From the NCBI GenBank assembly GCA_963835625.1, contig CAWIGO010000010.1, positions 127,626-191,625 on the forward strand: a stretch of 64,000 bases of DNA, given 5' to 3'. Positions 37,758 to 47,437 of this stretch are shown piece after piece. Position numbers and translations under genes: made by a program. This DNA is from an uncultured Verrucomicrobiae bacterium. Lineage in GTDB: Bacteria; Verrucomicrobiota; Verrucomicrobiia; Limisphaerales; UBA11358. The notes beneath the pieces are model-generated. The model ran no database searches. It was not told the origin of the DNA and was given only the letters and a program-made list of their open reading frames with translations. Each line of letters starts with the position of its first letter. Positions within the stretch are counted from its first letter, which is position 1.

Positions 37758-38411
37758 TCATGCCTGCGCAATTTTTTCCAGCGTCACGAACAACGCCGGC
37801 GCGTTCTGCATGTGCGCCGCCTTGCCATCGCGCAACACTACACCGAATCCTTCGCCGTAAGCCGGGCCGTTCACGACGCAGGCGTCTGTGCGGCATTCGG
37901 CGATCTGCTGTTTGGCGGCGTTTAGAGCGTCCGCCCGCGTGCCGTTCGCCTCAAATTTCCAGCCAAAGAGCCGCGTTCGCGGAAACCAGGCGCGCAATTC
38001 GGCGATGATTTTTGGCGTCGGCACCAGTTCGACGAGCAATTTGCCCTCCCGCGTGGAAATTTTTTTGGCGGACTTGAATTCGGTGAGTTCGCCCGACGGC
38101 GCGCGCAGCCAGATTTTGCCGAAGGCAAAGTCGCTGACCGCTGCGGCGTGAAAAATCGCATTCACGCGCTTGCCCGCCAGCGCCTTCAGCTTGGCGCGCA
38201 AATCGGCGGTGGTTGAGAAAAGCTGCACCTGCTCCACGCGTTGCTCGCCGGAATACGTGGCCTGCTCGCCGACAAGCAACGTCACCTTGTGGCCGCGTGC
38301 GGCCAGAAAATTGGCCAGCTCCGTGCCAAGCCGGCCCGTGGAAAAATTCGTGAGCCGCCGCACATCATCGAGCGGTTCAAAAGTCGGGCCGGCGGTGACA
38401 ACGCAATTCAT
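37758..38411 (-). CDS. coaB: Phosphopantothenate--cysteine ligase domain protein (CoaB-like)
   Basis: The ATG at 38411 gives MNCVVTAGPTFEPLDDVRRLTNFSTGRLG, matching the CoaB signature (TAGPTxExIDPVRxxxNxSSGKxG). Confidence 0.8.
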   Translation of the reverse strand: MNCVVTAGPTFEPLDDVRRLTNFSTGRLGTELANFLAARGHKVTLLVGEQATYSGEQRVEQVQLFSTTADLRAKLKALAGKRVNAIFHAAAVSDFAFGKIWLRAPSGELTEFKSAKKISTREGKLLVELVPTPKIIAELRAWFPRTRLFGWKFEANGTRADALNAAKQQIAECRTDACVVNGPAYGEGFGVVLRDGKAAHMQNAPALFVTLEKIAQA

Positions 38412-38504
38412 GCTGGCGTTTAGCTTTAGCTTGTTCGCGGCGCGCGGCAAGCCAAAGCTTGAATGCCAACCCGTTCCATCGCCACTGGGCGCGCATGCGT
38501 TGGT

Positions 38505-39245
38505 TCATTCCAGCAACCATGCGAGCAGCGGCGCAATGGCGAGGGCCGGCAGAAAATTTGCCAGTTCCACCCTGCGGACTTCAAAAATCATCAACGCAAT
38601 GGCGCACACGACAAGGCCGCCGGCGACATTAACCGGATCAACCAAACCGTGCGTTTCGAGAAACGGCCGCACCCAAAGCTGGCAGGCGAGCGTGATTCCG
38701 CCGAGAAAGGCGAAGACAGGAAACGCCGACAGTGCGGACGGCCAGCCGAATAGCTTCACGAAACCGGTCATGGCCAAACCATCCATCACGGCTTTGATTG
38801 CCAGCAGCCAGAAGTACCCGAACTGGCCGCCTTGGGGCGGCAGCCCATCCGCCACCGCGCCGACCAATCCCAGCGGCGCGGCGCAAAAAAGCACGGCGCA
38901 CGCGCTGAAACCGCCGCTGATTTTGCGCGGCGCGTTCGATTGCGCGGACGCGATCAAACCGCCCGCGAAACGGCCGAGGCGATTCGATAATTTTTGCAAA
39001 TGGAGCAATTTTCCAACCCAAAAACCCAGAGTCACGGCGAGCGCGGCGATGAAAATTTGCCTCAACGCCGGCATAAAGGTTCCGCCGACGCTCAACCAAA
39101 CGAGCTGCAGACCAAAGAAAATGGTGAACGCGCCGAGCGCCGCCCGGAAAAAAATTTGCGTGCGAAGAGACAACGGCTTGCGCAGGGCGAGTCCCAAAAG
39201 TCCACCGATTAAAATGCCCAATGCGTTGAGAAATGCGCCGGTCAC
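38505..39245 (-). CDS. DUF554-family membrane protein
   Basis: The GTG at 39245 gives (M)TGAFLNALGILIGGLLG, the usual DUF554 N-terminus, followed by a polytopic profile. Confidence 0.7.
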   Translation of the reverse strand: MTGAFLNALGILIGGLLGLALRKPLSLRTQIFFRAALGAFTIFFGLQLVWLSVGGTFMPALRQIFIAALAVTLGFWVGKLLHLQKLSNRLGRFAGGLIASAQSNAPRKISGGFSACAVLFCAAPLGLVGAVADGLPPQGGQFGYFWLLAIKAVMDGLAMTGFVKLFGWPSALSAFPVFAFLGGITLACQLWVRPFLETHGLVDPVNVAGGLVVCAIALMIFEVRRVELANFLPALAIAPLLAWLLE

Positions 39246-39330
39246 ACGCTGACTGAACCATTGCGCACCCCAAGTGCCAAGCCGGAAATTTTTTGCGCGC
39301 ACGGCCCCGGCCTGTTTTACTCATGCCCGG

Positions 39331-40611
39331 ATGGCCGACGCAAAAACCAGTTCCCGCAGCCCATGGTTTTGGGTTCCCACGCTTTATGCGGCGGAAGGAC
39401 TGCCTTATGCACTGGTGATGTCGGTGTCGCTGGTGCTTTACAAAAACCTCGGCGTGTCGAACACGGACATCGCGTTCTACACGAGCTGGCTTTACTTGCC
39501 ATGGGTCATCAAACCGCTGTGGAGTCCGGTGGTGGATCTGCTCAAAACCCGGCGGCTGTGGATTTGGACGATGCAATTGCTCCTCGGCGCGGGACTGGCG
39601 GGCGTGGCGTTGACCATTCCCGCGCCGCATTTTTTTCAGCTCACGCTCGCGTTTTTCTGGCTGCTGGCGTTCAGCTCCGCGACCCACGACATTGCGGCGG
39701 ACGGCTTTTACATGCTGGCGACGACGGAACGCGAGCAGTCGTTTTTTGTCGGCATTCGCAACACGTTTTATCGCGTGGCAATGATTTGTGCGCAAGGCGG
39801 CCTCGTGATTCTTGCCGGTCAAATTCATGGCCGCACCGGTGATTATGCGTTCGCCTGGTCAATGGCGCTTGCCCTGACGGCGGGAATTTTTTTGTGCCTG
39901 GGCACTTATCATTTTTTTGTCCTGCCAAAGCCGGCGATGGATCAACCCAGGCGCGCCGGCTCGTCAGAAAATTTCCTCCGCGAATTCTTCAAAACGTTCG
40001 GAACATTTTTTCAGAAACCCAAAATCATCATGCTGTTGCTTTTTTTGCTGCTATACCGGCTCGGCGAAGCGCAACTGGTGAAAATGGTTCAGCCGTTTTT
40101 GCTTGATGGGCGCGAACAGGGCGGTCTGGGTTTGACAAACGAACAACTCGGCGTGGTTTATGGCACAGCCGGCATCATCGCGCTGCTGCTCGGCGGATTG
40201 CTCGGCGGGTTTGTGGTGGCGCGGCGCGGATTGAAATTCTGGCTGTGGCCGATGTTGCTGGCGATTCATCTGCCCGACGCGGTGTTCATCTGGCTGGCCC
40301 ATGCGCAGCCGCAGAATCTTTTCGCCATCGGCGCCGGCGTCGCGGTCGAGCAATTCGGCTACGGCTTCGGCTTCACGGCGTTCATGCTTTACATGATTTA
40401 CATCGCGCGCGGCGAACATCAGACGGCGCACTACGCGATTTGCACCGGTTTCATGGCGCTGGGCATGATGCTGCCGGGCATGTGGAGCGGCTGGTTGCAG
40501 GAGCACATCGGCTATCCGCATTTCTTCGTCTGGGTGCTGCTGGCCACGATCCCGAGCTTCATCGTCGCGATGCGAATTCCGTTGGAAGCGGAATTTGGGA
40601 AAAGGAATTAA
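39331..40611 (+). CDS. AmpG-like MFS muropeptide transporter
   Basis: ATG at 39331. AEGLPYALV…LYLPWVIKPLWSPVVD resembles the AmpG FKFLWSPLMD motif. About 12 TM segments. Confidence 0.7.
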   Translation: MADAKTSSRSPWFWVPTLYAAEGLPYALVMSVSLVLYKNLGVSNTDIAFYTSWLYLPWVIKPLWSPVVDLLKTRRLWIWTMQLLLGAGLAGVALTIPAPHFFQLTLAFFWLLAFSSATHDIAADGFYMLATTEREQSFFVGIRNTFYRVAMICAQGGLVILAGQIHGRTGDYAFAWSMALALTAGIFLCLGTYHFFVLPKPAMDQPRRAGSSENFLREFFKTFGTFFQKPKIIMLLLFLLLYRLGEAQLVKMVQPFLLDGREQGGLGLTNEQLGVVYGTAGIIALLLGGLLGGFVVARRGLKFWLWPMLLAIHLPDAVFIWLAHAQPQNLFAIGAGVAVEQFGYGFGFTAFMLYMIYIARGEHQTAHYAICTGFMALGMMLPGMWSGWLQEHIGYPHFFVWVLLATIPSFIVAMRIPLEAEFGKRN

Positions 40612-40691
40612 CAACAAAGAAACAAAGGAACAAAAACCCTGCCGAAAAGAATTGCTTTGAACGCATTGGGTTTCCCAGAATCCAACCTCAC

Positions 40692-42104
40692 ATGACATCC
40701 ATTTGCCATTACCGATCCCGCCATGCCTTCGCCGGCGCGCTGTTTGCGCTTGTGACAGCCTTGGGATTTTTGCCGGACGCGCAGGCACAATTTGTTTTCA
40801 CCAACAGTTCGCCAAAACCCATGCCGCGCCGTCCCAACATTATTTTGATTGTCGCCGACGGCCTCGGTTATGGCGATTTGAGTTGCTATGGCCAGACGAA
40901 GTTTCAAACACCGAATCTCGACCGGCTCGCCGCCGATGGCATCCGTTTCACGAGCTATTACGCGGGCGATGCGGCGAGTTCGCCGGCGCGCGCCGCGTTG
41001 ATGCTCGGCAAAGATTCAGCGCACTTGAAACAGCGCGCGGACGTGGACGTGCCGCTGGCAGCGGACGATGTCACGGTCGCGCAAGTGCTCAAGCAATCCG
41101 GCTATCACACCGGCTTGATTGGCGAATGGGATTTGGGGAGTGACGGCACGAGTGGCGCGCCGTGGAACAAGGGTTTCGATGAATTCGCCGGCTATTTTGA
41201 TGCCAGCGAGGCGGAAAATTATTACGCCGATTACATGTGGCGGCATGATCCAGCGACCCATTTTCAGGGCAAGGCGCCGGTATACGAAAACGCCGACGGC
41301 AAAAAGGGCCAATATATTCCCGACCGGTTTACGACCATGGCGATGAATTTCATCAAAAACAATCAACCCGACCAATTCAACCGTCACCAGCCGTTTTTCC
41401 TGCTGCTGAATTACACAACTCCGCGTGCGAACACCGCCGAAATGGCGCGCACCGGCAACGGGATGCAAGTGCCCACCGACGCTCCTTATTCAGGGGAACC
41501 GTGGCCGCAGGCGGAAAAGAACAAGGCCGCCATGATTGCGCGGTTCGATGGATGCATCGGGCAACTGCTGGAACAACTGCGACAGATAAATCAAACCAGC
41601 AATACGGTGATTTTCTTTTCCAGCGACACCGGGCCGGCAAAGGACGGGGGTGTTGACCCGAAATTTTTCCAGAGCACCGGGCCGTTTCGCGGCATTCGCG
41701 GCGACCTTTATGAAGGCGGCTTGCGCGTGCCGATGATCGTTCGTTGGCCGGGAAAAATTCACGCCGGCCAGGTCAGCGATTTCACCTGGGCATCGTGGGA
41801 TTTTTTGCCAACGGCACTGGGGATTGCGCTTACCCAGCCGCCGGAAAATATTGACGGCATCTCCGTTTTACCGGCGTTGTTCGGCCAAACGCAAACCAAC
41901 CGGCACGACTTTTTCCATTGGGAAATGAAAAATGGGAACGGCATCGCCCAGGCGGCGCGCATGGACGATTGGGAAATCACACGCGCACAAGGCGACAAAC
42001 CCTGGGAACTTTACAACCTCAAAACCGATCCAGGCGAAACTCAAAATGTCGCGGACAAAAATCCGGACGTGATTGCCAAGTTTGAAAAACTTTTAAATAG
42101 GTAA
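40692..42104 (+). CDS. Secreted arylsulfatase-family enzyme (Ser-type SxPxR site)
   Basis: The ATG at 40692 gives a signal peptide. NIILIVADGLGYGDL and SSPARAALMLG form the sulfatase signature, with Ser in the formylglycine position. Confidence 0.85.
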   Translation: MTSICHYRSRHAFAGALFALVTALGFLPDAQAQFVFTNSSPKPMPRRPNIILIVADGLGYGDLSCYGQTKFQTPNLDRLAADGIRFTSYYAGDAASSPARAALMLGKDSAHLKQRADVDVPLAADDVTVAQVLKQSGYHTGLIGEWDLGSDGTSGAPWNKGFDEFAGYFDASEAENYYADYMWRHDPATHFQGKAPVYENADGKKGQYIPDRFTTMAMNFIKNNQPDQFNRHQPFFLLLNYTTPRANTAEMARTGNGMQVPTDAPYSGEPWPQAEKNKAAMIARFDGCIGQLLEQLRQINQTSNTVIFFSSDTGPAKDGGVDPKFFQSTGPFRGIRGDLYEGGLRVPMIVRWPGKIHAGQVSDFTWASWDFLPTALGIALTQPPENIDGISVLPALFGQTQTNRHDFFHWEMKNGNGIAQAARMDDWEITRAQGDKPWELYNLKTDPGETQNVADKNPDVIAKFEKLLNR

Positions 42105-42252
42105 GGTCGCATCGCCTTGCCGTGCCGAAATGGAATGAAGGCGGGCGAGGCGACCGGCGGAAATTCCACCTCCCAACGGACGGGGGCCAGCCGTCTCCAC
42201 CACGAAAACTCGACGGGCGCGAATTTTGCGCTAAATTCAAGGCGTTCCGTTC

Positions 42253-43563
42253 ATGCACGAAGCTGAATTACCAGAACCATTGCCGCCGCCGGACAGAACC
42301 ACCGGCGAGCATCCGTATGCCATTTTCCGGAACCGGGATTTCACGCTTTATCTCACGGGCCGCCTCATAGCGGTATTTGGCCAGCAGATGTTCTTGCTGG
42401 CGGTGGGATGGGAACTTTATGAACGCACTGGCTCCGCGCTGGCGCTGGGGCTTGTGGGGCTGACGCAAATGATCCCGATATTTCTGTTCACGCTGCCGGC
42501 GGGGCACGTGGCGGACAATTACAATCGCAAACGGATCGTGGCGTTGATGGCGATCGTAATCGCAGCGGCAAGCCTCGGAATGGCCGTCGTTTCGGCGCTC
42601 AAGGCGCCGGTTTACTGGGTTTACGTCTGTCTGTTTGTCGGCGGCACCGCCCGCACGTTCATGTGGGCGGCCAACGCGGCATTTCTGCCGCATCTGGTGG
42701 ATCGCAAGGATTTCCCGCGCGCGGTGAACTGGAACGCCGGCGCGTTTGAACTATCCAGCATCACCGGCCCGCTGGCAGCGGGCGCGATCATCGCTTACAT
42801 GCTCAGGTATCACCCGGCCTACCCCGCAGCAGTGGTTTATGTGTTCACTATGGTGACGTCGCTAGTCTTTTTCATCTTCATCAGCATGATCAGGCAGCAA
42901 CACACCGTTGCCGTCAAGGAACCCATGACACTCCAGGCGCTGCTGACGGGATTCAAGTTCGTCTATGCGACCAAAATGATTCTGGGAATCATCACGCTCG
43001 ACATGTTCGCGGTGTTGCTGGGCGGCGCGACGGCGCTGCTGCCGATCTATGCGAAGGACATTTTGGGCAGTGGACCAGGCGGATTGGGATTGTTGCGCGC
43101 GGCGCTGCCCATGGGCTCCGTGCTCTGCGTGTTTATTCTGAATCACCGGCCGCCGCTGCAAAAAGCCGGTCGCGCGATGCTGTGGGCCGTGGCGGCCTTT
43201 GGGCTGGGCACGATTGCGTTCGGGTTTTCGACGTGGTTTTGGTTTTCGTTCATCATGCTGTTCATGTGCGGCGCGGTGGACAACATCAGCGTTGTGGTGC
43301 GGCACACGCTGGTGCAGATGCTCACGCCGGATGACAAGCGCGGGCGTGTCTCCGCCGTCAACAATCTCTTCATCGGCACGTCAAACGAATTGGGCGGGTT
43401 CGAGTCCGGCTTTGTGGCGCAAATCTTCGGGCCGACCATCGGGAACACCATCGTCGCCGGGGCGGTGATTTCCGTCGTGTCCGGTGGCATCGGAACCATC
43501 CTGACCGTGCTCGCCGTGGCCTGGATTTGGCCGGAAATCCGGCGGTATGGAAAACTGGCGTGA
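42253..43563 (+). CDS. MFS transporter (EntS/MFS_3-like)
   Basis: 436-aa polytopic ORF. FRNRDFTLYLTGRLIAVFGQQM…GHVADNYNRKRI is typical of this MFS subgroup. Confidence 0.75.
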   Translation: MHEAELPEPLPPPDRTTGEHPYAIFRNRDFTLYLTGRLIAVFGQQMFLLAVGWELYERTGSALALGLVGLTQMIPIFLFTLPAGHVADNYNRKRIVALMAIVIAAASLGMAVVSALKAPVYWVYVCLFVGGTARTFMWAANAAFLPHLVDRKDFPRAVNWNAGAFELSSITGPLAAGAIIAYMLRYHPAYPAAVVYVFTMVTSLVFFIFISMIRQQHTVAVKEPMTLQALLTGFKFVYATKMILGIITLDMFAVLLGGATALLPIYAKDILGSGPGGLGLLRAALPMGSVLCVFILNHRPPLQKAGRAMLWAVAAFGLGTIAFGFSTWFWFSFIMLFMCGAVDNISVVVRHTLVQMLTPDDKRGRVSAVNNLFIGTSNELGGFESGFVAQIFGPTIGNTIVAGAVISVVSGGIGTILTVLAVAWIWPEIRRYGKLA

Positions 43564-43751
43564 AAAATTTTGACGCGAATTGCGCGAATTTTCGCAAATT
43601 AAATTCGTGTCAATTCGTGAAATTCGCGTCTCGAAGAACGCTGGACAAAAAGTTTCGCCAGAAATAAAGTCAAAATTATGAAACGGGATAGGCTGTCCCG
43701 CAATTGCGGGATGCTGTCCATTATCTGTTAGGCGGCATATCAGCACGAGCC

Positions 43752-44111
43752 ATGAATAGCGCACCAGAAAAAAGTGACAGTCGTTTCTATGGCAAAGCCT
43801 CAGTCGTTGTGCCTCTCATTGGGGTGGCATGGCTTATTGTGGTATTTTGTTTCCTTATTTTTACCGCGAACGATGCAGAAGGCCGAGCTTGGGGAGTGCT
43901 TATCGGAGTTATTTTAGGTGGTTTCGGTCTATTCGTTTCGACGATTTTCGGTTTGGGTTTTAGTTGGGTTAGCAGAAGAGAGGAGAAGTGTCGTTTGCTT
44001 TCTTTGGTAGGGTTGATTCTTAATCTCATCCTGCTTTTATTGATAGTTTATATTTTGTTTGGCACGTTTTTGTTTGGCAAGTTGTTCCCATTTTACATTC
44101 GCACCAAATGA
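43752..44111 (+). CDS. Small 4-TM membrane protein, hypothetical
   Basis: ATG at 43752. Visibly AT-richer than its neighbours. Four hydrophobic segments. No motif recognised. Confidence 0.5.
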   Translation: MNSAPEKSDSRFYGKASVVVPLIGVAWLIVVFCFLIFTANDAEGRAWGVLIGVILGGFGLFVSTIFGLGFSWVSRREEKCRLLSLVGLILNLILLLLIVYILFGTFLFGKLFPFYIRTK

Positions 44112-44222
44112 TTGGATATTATGCCGCCTAATATGAGGATAGACTGCAAATTCCCTTCGCGTCCTTCGCGTGACCTGTGCACTTCAACTTGACGCCGACG
44201 CGCAGCGGTTTATTTTCGGCGC

Positions 44223-44810
44223 ATGAGAAAAATCTCGCTTTGGCTTTTCATTTTCGCCCTCACAGCCTGGGTGGCACACGGACAGGAGGACGCAACGCAA
44301 CAGCAAATCGACAAGCTCAACGGCCAGGTTCAGGACCTGCTCGACGTCCAAGCCACGCAGGCCAAGCGCATCGAGGCGCTGGAGAAGGAAATTGCCGGAT
44401 TGGGCGACCGGGTGAATCAGCCCGGCACCACGGTAAACCAGGATGATTTGAAGAAACTCGCCGAACAGGTGCAGGAAATTGACAAGAAACGGCAGGAGGA
44501 CAACGCGCGGATTTTGAAGGAGCTGGAACGCCTTGGGAAATCGTTGGGCGCGCCGCAGCCGGGCCATAAAATAACACCGAGTGTCCCAATCACAGCGCCG
44601 TCGGGCAATTCCGGCCCGGCTGCGGGCAGCCCGCAAAAAGGCTATGATTACAACGTTCGCAGCGGAGACACACTCTCGGCGATTGTGAAAGCATATCGCG
44701 ATCAGGGAATCAAAGTAACGACGGACCAGATTTTGAAGGCGAATCCCGGGCTAAATCCAGGCGACATGAAAATCGGGCAGAAAATTTTTATTCCAGCGCC
44801 GGCACAGTGA
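44223..44810 (+). CDS. Secreted coiled-coil protein with C-terminal LysM domain
   Basis: A signal peptide, then a heptad-like QQIDKLNGQVQDLLDVQATQAKRIEALEKEI. The LysM domain is YNVRSGDTLSAIVKAY…ILKANPGLNPGDMKIGQKIFIP. Confidence 0.8.
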   Translation: MRKISLWLFIFALTAWVAHGQEDATQQQIDKLNGQVQDLLDVQATQAKRIEALEKEIAGLGDRVNQPGTTVNQDDLKKLAEQVQEIDKKRQEDNARILKELERLGKSLGAPQPGHKITPSVPITAPSGNSGPAAGSPQKGYDYNVRSGDTLSAIVKAYRDQGIKVTTDQILKANPGLNPGDMKIGQKIFIPAPAQ

Positions 44811-44815
44811 TTTAC

Positions 44816-44887
44816 TTCGGAGGGGCGAGCTTCGCGAGTCCCCAATTGATTTAAAAATCAGGGGCTCGTGAAACCCGCCCCTCCGAA
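44816..44887. terminator. Long imperfect hairpin between convergent LysM gene and uppP
   Basis: TTCGGAGGGGCG (44816..44827) pairs with CGCCCCTCCGAA (44876..44887). Inner pairing is GGGGACTCGCG…/…CTCGTG…CCCC-type with a bulge and one G-U. Confidence 0.5.
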
Positions 44888-44891
44888 ATTC

Positions 44892-45686
44892 TCAACGCAG
44901 CAGCAGGAGAAAAATCGCAATCGCCAGTGCGATGCGATACCAGCCGAACACGTTGAAGGTGTGCGTCTGGATGTAACGCAGCAGCCATCTCACGGCGATG
45001 AAGGAAACCACCGACGCAATGACGGTCGCCAGCAAAACCATTCCCCAATTTTCATGCGGCGCATTGGCGATGGGATGATGCAACGCCTCAAAAATTTTCA
45101 GGCCGCCCGCCGCCAGCATCGTTGGAATGCCGACCAGAAAGGAAAATTCCGTCGCCGCCGGGCGGTTCATGCCGAGCAATAGCGCCAGCAAAATCGTCGA
45201 GCCGGAACGGGATGAACCGGGGAAAACCGCCGCAATCAACTGGCCGACGGCCACGGCGATGACGATGGGCCAGGTGATTTTATCGCTCATTTTTCTCCCG
45301 CGCAGCCACCATTCGATGGCGAGGAAGGCAATGCCACCGATGAGCAATGCCCAGGCAATGGGTGCAAGGTTTTCCTCAAGCTTGAAGCCGTTTTTATCAA
45401 GGACGAAACCCACGGCGCCGGTGATGACGAAGGCGGTGAGGATTTTCAGCAGGTAATCCCGCGTTTCCTTCTGGCGCCACTCAAAAACGAATTTGTAAAG
45501 GCGTTGGGGAAACAGCGGCAGGACGGCGATGACCGCGCCGCATTGGATGACGATGTTGAAGAGATCGCTCTCGTGGACTTTCAGGAGATGTTCCGCGACC
45601 AGCAGGTGTCCGGTGGACGAAACGGGAATGAACTCTGTGATCCCTTCGATCACGCCCAAAATGACGACGACAATCCAGTCAGGCAT
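44892..45686 (-). CDS. uppP: Undecaprenyl-diphosphate phosphatase
   Basis: 264-aa polytopic ORF. GVIEGITEFIPVSSTGHL and PGSSRSGSTI are BacA/UppP motifs. Confidence 0.9.
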   Translation of the reverse strand: MPDWIVVVILGVIEGITEFIPVSSTGHLLVAEHLLKVHESDLFNIVIQCGAVIAVLPLFPQRLYKFVFEWRQKETRDYLLKILTAFVITGAVGFVLDKNGFKLEENLAPIAWALLIGGIAFLAIEWWLRGRKMSDKITWPIVIAVAVGQLIAAVFPGSSRSGSTILLALLLGMNRPAATEFSFLVGIPTMLAAGGLKIFEALHHPIANAPHENWGMVLLATVIASVVSFIAVRWLLRYIQTHTFNVFGWYRIALAIAIFLLLLR

Positions 45687-45788
45687 GGGTTGTTTAGACG
45701 CGAAACGGGCACAGAGGGCAAGTCGGAAATGACACGCTGGATGCCGTTCGCAATAAGAACCGGACGCGAAAAGCGCTGGCCACTTCGT

Positions 45789-46025
45789 TTAAATCAACCC
45801 CGCATGGCTCCCGTCGCAGAACGGCGCGTTCTTCGAATGTTTGCAACCGCACCACGCGAGAGTCCGGATTTCCTTGATTTCGACTTTCTTCGGTGCAAAT
45901 CCGGTGCCTTTATGCGAGCCGTCACAAAACGGTTGGGCTTTTGATTGGCCGCAGGCGCACCACCAATACGTTCCGGGTTTGACTTGTTGAACAAACGGAG
46001 ATTTTTGAGCGATGGTCGGTTCCAT
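45789..46025 (-). CDS. CDGSH iron-sulfur domain protein (two CDGSH motifs)
   Basis: The ATG at 46025 gives a 78-aa product with CACGQSKAQPFCDGSH and CGCKHSKNAPFCDGSH. The rest of the 301-aa tracked ORF is antisense to rtcB. Confidence 0.8.
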   Translation of the reverse strand: MEPTIAQKSPFVQQVKPGTYWWCACGQSKAQPFCDGSHKGTGFAPKKVEIKEIRTLAWCGCKHSKNAPFCDGSHAGLI

Positions 46026-46112
46026 AATGCGTGAACAGTATTCCAATTCGGCAAAAATGCAAATGTTCCACTTTTCATTGGCACATGCGCCTTGCGAGGC
46101 ATAGTGTTTCTC

Positions 46113-47285
46113 ATGCCCGGCCAGCCCATCACCTACCGCCAGTGGGGCGTGGATCTGGACGCCAACGCGCTCCAGCAGATGGAGAATGCCTGCCGGTTGC
46201 CCGTCTCCGTCGCCGCTGCGCTCATGCCCGACGCCCATGTCGGCTACGGCCTGCCCATCGGCGGCGTGCTGGCCACCGACAACGCCGTCATCCCCTACGC
46301 TGTGGGCGTGGACATCGCCTGCCGCGTCAAACTCACCGTGCTCGATTTGCCGCTCGACTGGCTGCGCCGCCGCGAAACCGATCTCATCCGCGCCATTGAA
46401 GCCGAGACGCGCTTCGGCATCGGCGTGGAATTCAAACATCGCCGCTCGCATCCGGTCATGGACGAGGACTGGTCGGTCAGCCCCGTCACGCAACGCTTTC
46501 GCGACAAGGCCGCGGCGCAACTCGGCACCAGCGGCAGCGGCAATCATTTCGTCGAGTTCGGCGAATTCACCGTGGAGAACAAGGAACTCGGTCTTGAGCC
46601 GGGCACCTATCTCGCCTTGTTGAGCCACAGCGGCAGCCGCGGCACCGGCGCGCAGGTCTGCGACCATTACAGCCGGGTTGCCCGCCAGAAACACAGGGAT
46701 TTGCCGAAGGAATTGAATTTTCTCGCGTGGCTCGACCTCGATTCCGCCGACGGCCGGGAATACTGGGCGGCGATGGAATTAATGGGCCAATACGCCTCTG
46801 CCAATCACTATCTCATTCACAAACACATCGCGCGTCATCTCGGCGCGGGTGTGCTGCTGGACATCGAAAATCATCATAACTTCGCGTGGAAGGAACGCCA
46901 CGGCGGACGCGACCTCATCGTCCATCGCAAAGGCGCGACGCCGGCGGGCGCGGGCGTGCTGGGCGTGATCCCCGGTTCGATGGCCAGCCCGACATTCGTG
47001 GCGCGCGGCAAGGGTAATGCCGCGTCGCTTAACTCCGCTGCACACGGCGCGGGCCGCGTGATGAGCCGCCACAAAGCGAAGGAAAGTTTCAATTGGAAAA
47101 TGGTGCAGCCCTACCTGGATGAACGCGGCGTGAAACTGATTTCCGCCGGTCTGGATGAAGTCCCGATGGTTTACAAAAACATCGAGGAAGTCATGGCCGC
47201 GCAGACCGATTTGGTGGAACCGCTCGCCAAGTTTTTCCCGCGCCTCGTCAAAATGGCCCCCGCCGGCGAACGGGCGGAGGATTGA
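46113..47285 (+). CDS. rtcB: RtcB-family RNA 3'-phosphate ligase
   Basis: ATG at 46113. Metal and GTP-site motifs are MPDAHVGYG, GSGNHFVE and SHSGSRGTG, plus NHHNF and the nucleophile region AHGAGRVMSR. Confidence 0.9.
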   Translation: MPGQPITYRQWGVDLDANALQQMENACRLPVSVAAALMPDAHVGYGLPIGGVLATDNAVIPYAVGVDIACRVKLTVLDLPLDWLRRRETDLIRAIEAETRFGIGVEFKHRRSHPVMDEDWSVSPVTQRFRDKAAAQLGTSGSGNHFVEFGEFTVENKELGLEPGTYLALLSHSGSRGTGAQVCDHYSRVARQKHRDLPKELNFLAWLDLDSADGREYWAAMELMGQYASANHYLIHKHIARHLGAGVLLDIENHHNFAWKERHGGRDLIVHRKGATPAGAGVLGVIPGSMASPTFVARGKGNAASLNSAAHGAGRVMSRHKAKESFNWKMVQPYLDERGVKLISAGLDEVPMVYKNIEEVMAAQTDLVEPLAKFFPRLVKMAPAGERAED

Positions 47286-47437
47286 AACCTTGCCACGCAA
47301 AGGCGTAGAGAAGATTGAATCAATTTTTTCGTAAATTCAGTGGAGCAAAACTAATGGAGATGTGGTAAAATAAAACTGAAGCTGGAAAACGCCACGGGCC
47401 GGTGGCGCGGCCAAGTGGCAAACCGATGGGAGGCCGT

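Noticed and set aside
38638-39828. Long shadow ORFs rich in R/G/H/A: 38638..39828, 21252..22334, 48090..49076, 49424..50485, 59833..60819, 10208..11158, 35943..36743 and 37017..37925
   Set aside because: Each lies opposite or out of frame to a gene with strong family motifs. Such ORFs are the expected by-product of stop-codon-poor GC-rich DNA.
46026-46694. Upstream two-thirds of the 301-aa minus-strand ORF 45789..46694
   Set aside because: It is antisense to rtcB and has Ala/Gly/Arg-rich composition. Only the last 78 codons (CDGSH protein, ATG 46025) look real.
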